Shown here in pieces: positions 1-8,234 of a DNA stretch of 54,298 nt. Every line of letters begins with the position of its first letter. Position 1 is the first letter of the stretch. Origin of the DNA: a virus (lineage: Duplodnaviria; Caudoviricetes); the IMG/VR virus record IMGVR_UViG_3300020465_000027, positions 1 to 54,298 of that record. The stretch is one strand, 5' to 3'. The notes beneath the pieces were generated by a model. That model was not told the DNA's origin. It saw only the letters and a list, made by a program, of their open reading frames with translations, and did no database searches. The translations under genes were made by a program, and so were the position numbers.

Positions 1-5
1 AAACC

Positions 6-761
6 TTATTCATCCTTTAGGTCAGAGTAATCTGTCAATAGTTTACTTCTAGTGCTAGTATCTTTATCAAGATATTTAATTTCTGATTGTGATTGTTCTC
101 TTAAATGATCAATTCCAGATGCAACAACACCACTATATCTCATTGCAGCATTGAGTACTCCATGTTGATGCTTTTCTGGCATTTGAAGAATAGACTCTAC
201 ATTTCCTGCATTAATTGTTCCAGTTGAAATCATATCAACAGCAGATTGTTTTGCCATTCTAGCAATCCAATACTTATCTTCTTCTTTTTTATTGCCACTT
301 AATGATTTTAAAATCTCTTCCTGATTATCACCACATTCTTCTTTGATATAACTCAAGAAATAACCTTGCTCTTGATAACCTTGAAGAAGTTTTTTCTCCC
401 ATACTTTATTATCAATCCATTCTAAATCAATTTCACATTGTATTAATTCTTTCCTTAACTCATCAGGTTCTGCTTCTTTATCTTTTGTTAAAAGTTTTAT
501 CCTAATATCACTCTTTCTTTTAGCAATTACTATTTTCTTTATTCCTTGTTCTCTAGTACTTATTTCTAAACAAGCTTGTCTAATGGCAGAATATTTTGTT
601 GGATGTGATTCCACGACAAAATTACGACATTGATATTCTGATTGTCCAAAAGGAGCATTGGAAGAGTGATCAATTATCCATTCATCAAGTGCAGATCTAC
701 TAGAGGAAAGACGGTTTGTTTCTCGTCGTAGTATATTTTCTGGTGTGTCCATCGCTTTCAT
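6..761 (-). CDS. Hypothetical phage protein with a coiled-coil central region (start may be the ATG at 752)
   Basis: 251-aa ORF on the gene strand; charged helical central segment; overlaps the 3' end of the upstream ORF by 53-62 nt, so the start is uncertain. Confidence 0.75.
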   Translation of the reverse strand: MKAMDTPENILRRETNRLSSSRSALDEWIIDHSSNAPFGQSEYQCRNFVVESHPTKYSAIRQACLEISTREQGIKKIVIAKRKSDIRIKLLTKDKEAEPDELRKELIQCEIDLEWIDNKVWEKKLLQGYQEQGYFLSYIKEECGDNQEEILKSLSGNKKEEDKYWIARMAKQSAVDMISTGTINAGNVESILQMPEKHQHGVLNAAMRYSGVVASGIDHLREQSQSEIKYLDKDTSTRSKLLTDYSDLKDE

Positions 762-1287
762 ACAAATTCAAATCAGTGGCATCTTTTCTTGGAAGTCCTG
801 CTCCAAGAAAGTTTTCATATATTATATTTATTTGTGTTATAGTAGCACTATTTTCAATGTCCGTCAATAATTCTGAGTTATACGGATCACTATCACCACT
901 ATCAATTGCCAGTTGAACTAGCATTTTAGCATGTTGTTTCATTACTGTGAGAGTTTTTGCTCTCATATCATCAGTAATTTCTATTTTAATTTTTCCAGGA
1001 GTTCCATCTGAATATCTATCAACATCACTATCTCCTTGATACACACTTCTTTTTTCCCTAACGTCACCCCAACAACGACTTGCTATACGGGCAGTATCTT
1101 CATCTACTATATCTGTAATGGGTTTAGAAGCTTTAAGTGGTTCAATAACAGCATCATAATCTGATTCTTCACAACCACATATAGCAAACCACACTTTAGA
1201 ATTATGCATGGTCAATGGTGTAGTACTACCATTACGCCATGATTCTGGTAAGTCATCTAAGTGTATGTTAAAATATTTTATAGCCAT
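700..1287 (-). CDS. Hypothetical phage protein
   Basis: 195-aa ORF with ATG start, 20 nt downstream of the previous gene; no family recognised. Confidence 0.75.
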   Translation of the reverse strand: MAIKYFNIHLDDLPESWRNGSTTPLTMHNSKVWFAICGCEESDYDAVIEPLKASKPITDIVDEDTARIASRCWGDVREKRSVYQGDSDVDRYSDGTPGKIKIEITDDMRAKTLTVMKQHAKMLVQLAIDSGDSDPYNSELLTDIENSATITQINIIYENFLGAGLPRKDATDLNLYESDGHTRKYTTTRNKPSFL

Positions 1288-1307
1288 CTTTAAAATCTTT
1301 TGTATCT

Positions 1308-2300
1308 TTAGTAAGAAGGTGGAGTAACACCATAGGTTGTATTTACGAAATTACATGCATGTCCCATACCAGCAGAAGACATTCCAGCATGTCCAACAGG
1401 TTCCAAAGAACTCATCATTTGAAAGGTGTCAGAGGTGTAACTCATTTTATATGATTCATTATTCTGAGAACCATCATAATGTCCTAAACAATAACCTTTA
1501 TATGTTCCTTGTTGATAATTTTCTTCACCAGAGTAATCTACATTATATGTGGTAATCTGAGCACCTGTAGTATCATTATGTTTACAAATAGATTCTCCAC
1601 AGTTTCCTTGGTTTTTCATATAAAAATTACCCAAATAACCTGAGTTTGCTTTACCCCATCCATTAGTTCCTGGTACTGTACCAGTCCAAGAATTCCAAGT
1701 GTTAGTAGCAAAAGTATAATACTCTTTAGCACTATCAATACTTGTCCATCCTCTATATTGACCTTGGCAAGAAGCGGTATAATGCCCACCATTAGCAGAA
1801 CTAGAAGCAGCACTACGAGCATGATTGTTCATGGCAAACTTATCAACAGTATTATTACTACCACCGTTAGTGTAAAGGTTTCCTCCTGCATGGTGATAAT
1901 CTATGAATACTCCTAAGTCTTCTTTATCACTTCCCATAGTATCATCCATGCTAGTACCTGACTCAGTACTCATCTGCATTCTCCAGACATCATTGTTAGT
2001 TCCAGAGAAACTATTATCCATACCAAAAACATAAAAATGAGTATCACTAGAACCACCATCACCATATGCCATATTTTTACTCATGATATCACCTAAATCA
2101 GATGATGAATCATTATTATGTTGTGTTCTATTTACATTTTTCCAAGGACTAGAATCTTTATAACCACCACCTGTGTACCCATGAGTAATGATTCTAGATC
2201 TTGACCACAGACCACACCTATTTTTTCCAGAAGCATTTGAACCTCTGGAGTTAGGCATGGCGTGACCCATGATTGCTTGACCAGCTCTATGTTGTGCCAT
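1308..2300 (-). CDS. Putative beta-propeller (kelch-like) protein, possible fibre tip
   Basis: About six ~45-aa repeats starting with GY/FY/LY-type motifs (THGYTGGGY, THFYVFG, NLYTNGG, YRGW, NFYMK, YKGYCLGHY); GGAG RBS upstream; follows a fibre gene. Confidence 0.6.
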   Translation of the reverse strand: MAQHRAGQAIMGHAMPNSRGSNASGKNRCGLWSRSRIITHGYTGGGYKDSSPWKNVNRTQHNNDSSSDLGDIMSKNMAYGDGGSSDTHFYVFGMDNSFSGTNNDVWRMQMSTESGTSMDDTMGSDKEDLGVFIDYHHAGGNLYTNGGSNNTVDKFAMNNHARSAASSSANGGHYTASCQGQYRGWTSIDSAKEYYTFATNTWNSWTGTVPGTNGWGKANSGYLGNFYMKNQGNCGESICKHNDTTGAQITTYNVDYSGEENYQQGTYKGYCLGHYDGSQNNESYKMSYTSDTFQMMSSLEPVGHAGMSSAGMGHACNFVNTTYGVTPPSY

Positions 2301-2310
2301 ATTCTACTCC

Positions 2311-5300
2311 TTATGTTGTGTAGTAGTTGTAAGAAACATAAACATTCCAGTTACCTGGATCATCTTTAATCAATGTAAATGTATATACATCGTATGCATT
2401 TGTAGTTCCAGTAGGAGCTCCAAAACCACCTAAGTATCTTTCACTCACGTTACTACCATCAATAGTAACATCAGTTAACTTCCTAGCAGTACCACCATTT
2501 TTTGTGATAAGAGTTGCGGTTACAGATTCACCAGAAAGAACATTTGATGTTAACGCATTACTAGCATCAAATCTGAAGTTAACAACGAAGTCAGAAGAAG
2601 CATCTCCACGGAAATGATACACTTGATATGTACCAAGATTAAAGTCAAAGTTACCACTTATACCACTACCAGAATCTGCAACTCTTTCTTTTAGTTGTGC
2701 TCTAACAAATCCTCCATTAACTGTTATTCCAGCAGCAGTAAGAGATCCAGGAATTGTAAGATTTCCAGATGTATCATATGTTGCTGTATTACCACCACCT
2801 GTTTTTAATGTGATGTCAGAGTTGTTTGCAATTGAAACTTCTGAGTTACCATGAACAATCTTGGTAGGATCTATAGAAACCGTTGCCCATTGAACTCCAC
2901 TAGCAGTGCTTTGTAAATACTGACCATTAGTACCAGTACCACCACCAGCACTTAATGTTCCAGTTAATACTGCACCAGAAAGAGTTTTATTAGACAGAGA
3001 CTGTGCAGAATCAAGATCAACAATATCACCAGCTGCTGTTCCACCAATTGTCTTACCAAGCACTGTAGTAGCAGTTAGAACACTAGTATTATTAATATGG
3101 TATCCCTTACCAGAAGCAATATCCATATTCTCAGATAAGATCCAACAATCAGAAGTATCTGACCAATTGAATGTCTTGTCGGTTGTACCCTTCAAGGTGA
3201 TACCACCTCCATTGGCGGTAACATCTGTAGCACCACCAGCACCGAATGTAGCACCAGTAGCAGATCCAGATCCACCGAATGATGAATCAAGTGTTACAGT
3301 ATTTCCACTTAAAGTAGAAACTTTAACAGTGCCAGTAAGTGTTACGTTACCACCACCACTTGTTAGTGTAACAACAACGCCTGGTGCAAGGTTACTTGTA
3401 TCACTTACATTGGTAATCTGATTAGAACCTTGTGTAATATCACCAGTGAAAGATCCAGAATTAACTGAACCAAGTTCAATGTTACGATCCTTTGCTATAA
3501 CAGCAACTGAATCCACTGTTGTTGTAGATCCTTGGACTGTTAAGTCACCACCAATAGTAAGGTTACCAGAAACAGAACTTAGGTTATCAACATATGTCTT
3601 AACCGCTTTTTGTGTAGGACATTTGACATCACTATTTTGTGAAAGAGTTCCGTCTGTTGAGAATTCATTAATAGAAGCACCTAACTGAGCACCAATAGAA
3701 CCCAATCTTAATGATGATAGACCAGTTAAGTCAAACGCAGAAGCGTCTAGAGTTGCCTTACCAGTTGCCTGTTCAACCTTGAAGAACTTACCAACTGCAA
3801 AGTTACCATCTTGGTCAGTAGAGACGTAGTAAACACGACCTGGACGATCTTCGTCAATTTCTTGTGAAGGAACATTAACCTGATTAGGTAAGAACGGCCA
3901 GTTTGTTTGTGCTCTATTTCCTGTACCAACGTCTAGGAAGTCATGTGCAGTTAGACGTACCTGTGAATACTTGTAACGAGTCTTGAATGATTGACCATTA
4001 CCAGCACCAATTGTTTTCTCATCAGCAAATTGAAGGATTGTAATACCTGTTGCATCCGCAGAAGCAGAAGTAACCTTCATAAACTCATTATCAATCTTAA
4101 CGTAGTCAGTAGCAGCAAAACCAATACCTGCTGCCTTAACACGAATAGTTGTTACAGAGTTATCAAAGTCTGCTATAACCTCATCCTGAGAAGCAACCTT
4201 CTGTTGTAGGATTGTAATTGTAGCACCAGAGTTATGTGCAGCTGCACTTGTACCTTCCTGAGCACGATTCAATCTAACAGATGACGCTGTTGGGAATGAT
4301 ACAACCTCAAACATCTCATTACCAATAATGACATTAGCACCAATAACCATTCCTGACACAGTATCAACTGTGACATCATGTGGAGATGAAGCACCTTGTG
4401 TAATGTTTGCTTGAATTGTTGCAGTTGTTCCTACATTATCCCACCAAGCAATTGTTGAAGTACCATCATGTGCAGCAGCACTACTTCCTAATTGTCCTCT
4501 AGTTACTACTAAATTACCACGTCCATCTGGAGCAGAGTAACTAGAACTAGAGATAACATATGATCCTGCATCATTGTTAGATCCATTATCAACATACTCA
4601 ACAGAACCACCTTGGTCTGGAGCGTATGATAAACCTTCAGTAACAACAAGGAATCCTAATTGACCTCTAACAGCATCTGTGTTATTAACAAGAGTTGCTG
4701 TAGCACTTGATGTAGCACCAGTAATTAGTTCACCCTGTGAGAATGTTCCTTTAATTGGAATATAATAAATTCTTTGTGATGTAACTGATTGATCACTTCT
4801 TAGTTCACCAATAGCACCTGATGTACCACCACTGATTCTTTCATTTACTTGGAATGAACCACTAGAAGAACCTTGTGGATCTGTAGTTAGCATTAAACCA
4901 CCAACTGTACCATCAACTGTTGTCTCACCAGCATCAAATCCTCTTGATAAGCAACCATACTTACCATAAGAAGAGTTACCAGATACAGCACGTATTCTAG
5001 CACCTCCAGTAGAGATGTAAGAGATGTGTGCATAATATGTGAAGGAGGACACAACCTCAGCAGCTGCTGTACCCTTACACCAGAACCCTACACCGCCTTC
5101 TAACACCTGTGTATAGGCATCAAAACACATTGACTTAAATGAAGGGGTTGGAGACCCGTCAAAGTGTGCATGAGCATCTCCATCAATCAACGCACCAACA
5201 GCAGCACCACCAATTGCAGAACAGTTTTGAATGTAAGGTGATCTAGTAATTGGTGAAGCGGGATCAAGTCTTATGTAAACACCCTTTGTAGTAGAACCTA

Positions 5301-7356
5301 CAATGTCTTTATCATTAGAACCGCTAGGAACGAATCCTGTCATTCCTTCCATAACTAAGTCTTTAACAATGTTATGTGTTGCAACATAAATCATTGTTGA
5401 TTCGCTGTTTATCTGATTAGTAACAGCTGAGATTGCTTTGTAACCATTTGTACTGGTTGCATGATTCATGTTGCCATTGGTAATGGCAGTAGTGATGATT
5501 GTAGCAAATGTATTAAGAGCAGCTGTCTGTGTAGCACACTTAGGACTGCTAGGATCATTTGTTCCCCCAAACATTGTTTGGTTCTTTGTGTTACCAGCAG
5601 ATTTAGTTACAGTATCACTTTGAATTACTTCTGCACCAACAGTATCAAGATATCCAACAAGTATACTATCTTGTCCAGCATTTCCTGTGATAGCAGAACC
5701 ACCAACATATGCAGTACCATAATCAAATACTTTATTGTTACCACCTGACTTCATGTTGTAAGCAAAATCAGCAACAAGTGCTTGTAGGCGAGATTTAACA
5801 GTTGCTTCTGTACCACTGACAGCACCATTGTTTGCTACATGACGATGATATGCTTCATGAGCAAGGAATTCTGCGTTGCTTGTAAGTAAATCTGAAGCAT
5901 CTCCATGTTTATTAGATAAAACATCAACATACTTGTCGCTAGTTGTCCATAGTCCACCTGATACCATCAGACCGATTACTTCGGTTTTAGCAGCATTGAC
6001 ATCTAAAACTTTGAGTTGCTTAGTTCCAGTATCATTCTCTACAGTATCACCTCTTCTAAATGAAGTTAATGCATCAACTGTTATTGTTATCTGATCTGAA
6101 TTACCTGCAATTGGTTTAATAATTGTGTTTCTAATATTATCACCAATAAGAGAAACGAATGCAGGAATATGAATTGGAAGACTTTCTTCGTAAAGACCAG
6201 CTTTAACATATACACTAATTGGATTTGTAGCACTTGGTTTTAAATTTCCCGTTAATGCAGTGATATAATCCATTGCATAACGAACAGTTCTGAATGCTCT
6301 AGAAATTTGAAGACCATTATTAGTATCGTCTCCAGTTTCAGCAACATAATAAACACTAGGTGTTGTGTTGTTATTTTCCCATCTTGGAAGTAAGGGAGAA
6401 CCACCAACTGTCAGAACTTTTCCACTTGCAGCTGCTTGTTCAGCAGCAGTACCAGTTGATCCAGATGGAAGTGCAATTCTGTTAATACCACCAGCAGCCT
6501 GATAAAGTAAGTCACCAGTTTCTTGAAGAACCTGTGCAGCAGCACCACCTTGTGCAATATAATTCCAGTAGTTACCGTTCGTATCTAATTCAGGAGCTTG
6601 TGCAGCACCAGTAGTTCCAGAAGTTATACAGATATATGTGTTTGAGTTTCTGTTAACAATGTCACCTTTTTGATACACTGTTGAAGCAGACCAAGCACCA
6701 GTCCACTTAAATCCTTCAACTAAAAGTTTCCAATATGCTGTTGCTGTTGGAGGATTACCTGTTGTAGATACTGTACAAACGTATGAATAACCACCATATC
6801 TAACAACATCACCTGGAGCATATGCTGTTGAAGTTGAATAATCTCCTTGAGCAGAGAAACCAGTTGTAACAACAACCCAGTTAGTAGTATCTAAGTTTGG
6901 TGTTGCTGTTTGACCAGTATGATTTGTTTTTGAAGAATAAGTATATCCTCTGAAAGTTACAATATCACCAATTTGATATGTTGTTGAAGCGACCCAACTA
7001 TCTTCAAATTTTAGACCCTCTAAGTAAGTAGCGAAATTAGTATCGGAAAAAGTAGCACCTGATGTATGTCCAGTAGTAACACGATATTGTGAATTACCAT
7101 ACTTAACAACATCATTTACTTTATACCAAGTAGTTGCAACCCAATCTCCTTTACTAACAACCCCTTCTGTGTGAAGCGACCAGTTGCTAAGATCAGATGA
7201 ATAAAATAAATTCTCATTTGATGCTGATGTATGGTTCGTTGTACATACATATGCATTTGCACCGTACTTGACGATATCGTCAATGACGAAAGCAGTGGAA
7301 GTAGTCCAATTACCCTTCCAATTAAACTTAAGTCTGCCGAGTCTAAAATCTGCCAT
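2311..7356 (-). CDS. Large tail fibre/virion structural protein with N-terminal carbohydrate-binding-like repeats
   Basis: 1681 aa, Gly/Ser/Thr-rich; five W-x4-Y-xx-GD-(I/V)V repeats; central beta-helix-like region (YYVAETGDD...VKAGLYEE.LPI); paralogous to 17313..19916. Confidence 0.75.
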   Translation of the reverse strand: MADFRLGRLKFNWKGNWTTSTAFVIDDIVKYGANAYVCTTNHTSASNENLFYSSDLSNWSLHTEGVVSKGDWVATTWYKVNDVVKYGNSQYRVTTGHTSGATFSDTNFATYLEGLKFEDSWVASTTYQIGDIVTFRGYTYSSKTNHTGQTATPNLDTTNWVVVTTGFSAQGDYSTSTAYAPGDVVRYGGYSYVCTVSTTGNPPTATAYWKLLVEGFKWTGAWSASTVYQKGDIVNRNSNTYICITSGTTGAAQAPELDTNGNYWNYIAQGGAAAQVLQETGDLLYQAAGGINRIALPSGSTGTAAEQAAASGKVLTVGGSPLLPRWENNNTTPSVYYVAETGDDTNNGLQISRAFRTVRYAMDYITALTGNLKPSATNPISVYVKAGLYEESLPIHIPAFVSLIGDNIRNTIIKPIAGNSDQITITVDALTSFRRGDTVENDTGTKQLKVLDVNAAKTEVIGLMVSGGLWTTSDKYVDVLSNKHGDASDLLTSNAEFLAHEAYHRHVANNGAVSGTEATVKSRLQALVADFAYNMKSGGNNKVFDYGTAYVGGSAITGNAGQDSILVGYLDTVGAEVIQSDTVTKSAGNTKNQTMFGGTNDPSSPKCATQTAALNTFATIITTAITNGNMNHATSTNGYKAISAVTNQINSESTMIYVATHNIVKDLVMEGMTGFVPSGSNDKDIVGSTTKGVYIRLDPASPITRSPYIQNCSAIGGAAVGALIDGDAHAHFDGSPTPSFKSMCFDAYTQVLEGGVGFWCKGTAAAEVVSSFTYYAHISYISTGGARIRAVSGNSSYGKYGCLSRGFDAGETTVDGTVGGLMLTTDPQGSSSGSFQVNERISGGTSGAIGELRSDQSVTSQRIYYIPIKGTFSQGELITGATSSATATLVNNTDAVRGQLGFLVVTEGLSYAPDQGGSVEYVDNGSNNDAGSYVISSSSYSAPDGRGNLVVTRGQLGSSAAAHDGTSTIAWWDNVGTTATIQANITQGASSPHDVTVDTVSGMVIGANVIIGNEMFEVVSFPTASSVRLNRAQEGTSAAAHNSGATITILQQKVASQDEVIADFDNSVTTIRVKAAGIGFAATDYVKIDNEFMKVTSASADATGITILQFADEKTIGAGNGQSFKTRYKYSQVRLTAHDFLDVGTGNRAQTNWPFLPNQVNVPSQEIDEDRPGRVYYVSTDQDGNFAVGKFFKVEQATGKATLDASAFDLTGLSSLRLGSIGAQLGASINEFSTDGTLSQNSDVKCPTQKAVKTYVDNLSSVSGNLTIGGDLTVQGSTTTVDSVAVIAKDRNIELGSVNSGSFTGDITQGSNQITNVSDTSNLAPGVVVTLTSGGGNVTLTGTVKVSTLSGNTVTLDSSFGGSGSATGATFGAGGATDVTANGGGITLKGTTDKTFNWSDTSDCWILSENMDIASGKGYHINNTSVLTATTVLGKTIGGTAAGDIVDLDSAQSLSNKTLSGAVLTGTLSAGGGTGTNGQYLQSTASGVQWATVSIDPTKIVHGNSEVSIANNSDITLKTGGGNTATYDTSGNLTIPGSLTAAGITVNGGFVRAQLKERVADSGSGISGNFDFNLGTYQVYHFRGDASSDFVVNFRFDASNALTSNVLSGESVTATLITKNGGTARKLTDVTIDGSNVSERYLGGFGAPTGTTNAYDVYTFTLIKDDPGNWNVYVSYNYYTT
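6550..7320 (-). repeat. Five ~50-aa CBM5/12 (ChtBD3)-like repeats
   Basis: WTTSTAFVIDDIVKYG, WVATTWYKVNDVVKYG, WVASTTYQIGDIVTFRG, YSTSTAYAPGDVVRYG, WSASTVYQKGDIVNRN. Confidence 0.65.
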
Positions 7357-7367
7357 TTGTAAAAATC

Positions 7368-7733
7368 CTACTTAGGTCCGTTAGTTGTGTGATCATATGC
7401 TTTATTTAGTCTTGCGACTAAGTAACCCTCATCGTCAATGAAATAGGTTATTCTTCTAAAGTCAAACCTAAATTGTTGGTACTTATCATCTGGGTCATTA
7501 AATAATGCTTTTGGTCCTGCATTAGCAGTGACATACTCAGTACCTTGAAGAAAATCTGTGTATTCTTCACCGTCTAATCTATGAAAATCAAAAACTGCAT
7601 CTTCAGTAGACCTTGCTACTGTATAGTACAGCATACCTTCCGAATCTCTTCGTAAAGCATGAACTGTAAAATCATTGGAGTTAGCAACAGTTTGTTGTGT
7701 TTCTCCTGTACTTGCACTAAGATATAAAGACAT
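7368..7733 (-). CDS. Hypothetical cyanophage protein (about 121 aa, MSLYLSAST...), probably structural
   Basis: The ATG at 7733 overlaps the upstream stop (TAATG), making it more likely than the 7766 start in the track; motifs ALRRDSEGMLYY and KYQQFRFD.R...YFIDDEGYLVAR. Confidence 0.75.
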   Translation of the reverse strand: MSLYLSASTGETQQTVANSNDFTVHALRRDSEGMLYYTVARSTEDAVFDFHRLDGEEYTDFLQGTEYVTANAGPKALFNDPDDKYQQFRFDFRRITYFIDDEGYLVARLNKAYDHTTNGPK

Positions 7734-8197
7734 TACGCTAAGATCCTCCAGTAAGTTCCGTCCCAAATAAATTGAACATAAAGTCCAGTTACATCAAGAG
7801 TAAAGCAGTTATCTATATTTCCAAATTTATTTAAAAACATTTGGTTACTTCCAGTAGCTACTTCCAAGCTAGCATTATTTATTCCCCAAGTTGCTTTGAA
7901 GTCAACAAGTTCCAACATATCACCAACATGAGGAACTATTCCGTTAGACTCATAAGGCATTGTAAGAGTTAATGCTGAACTTGATGTATCAATTAGATAA
8001 CGTAATCCGCAAACTAAACTACCATTGGTATTTTTAATTTCCCACCTCGCTCGTTGGAGTTCAAAACCACCAACATCACTGCCATCATGTACAACAGCAG
8101 TCTTTTTTTGAGTATCTACAGTTACCTCAGCATTTGCACCAGTAAACTGTGCGTGTTCTGATGTATTGCCTTTTCTAAACTGTACCTGCGTGGTCAT
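7733..8197 (-). CDS. Small virion protein with Mtd_N/hyaluronidase-N-like N-terminus
   Basis: MTTQVQFRKGNTSEHAQFTGANAEVTVDT...VHDG...GG matches the major-tropism-determinant N-terminal motif; the C-terminal YLIDTS...TLTMP...GD...WDGTYW resembles a T4-type fibre/baseplate domain. Confidence 0.65.
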   Translation of the reverse strand: MTTQVQFRKGNTSEHAQFTGANAEVTVDTQKKTAVVHDGSDVGGFELQRARWEIKNTNGSLVCGLRYLIDTSSSALTLTMPYESNGIVPHVGDMLELVDFKATWGINNASLEVATGSNQMFLNKFGNIDNCFTLDVTGLYVQFIWDGTYWRILA

Positions 8198-8224
8198 TTC
8201 GTCTACGCACTATCTTTCAAAGTA

Positions 8225-8231
8225 TATTTAT
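8225..8231 (-). promoter_or_regulatory. T4-like late promoter (ATAAATA)
   Basis: Intergenic ATAAATA on the minus strand about 28 nt upstream of the ATG at 8197. Confidence 0.6.
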
Positions 8232-8234
8232 GTC

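Noticed and set aside
7733-8197. Diversity-generating retroelement suggested by the Mtd_N-like domain
   Set aside because: No reverse transcriptase, and no template/variable repeat pair with adenine-specific mismatches, was seen in the window
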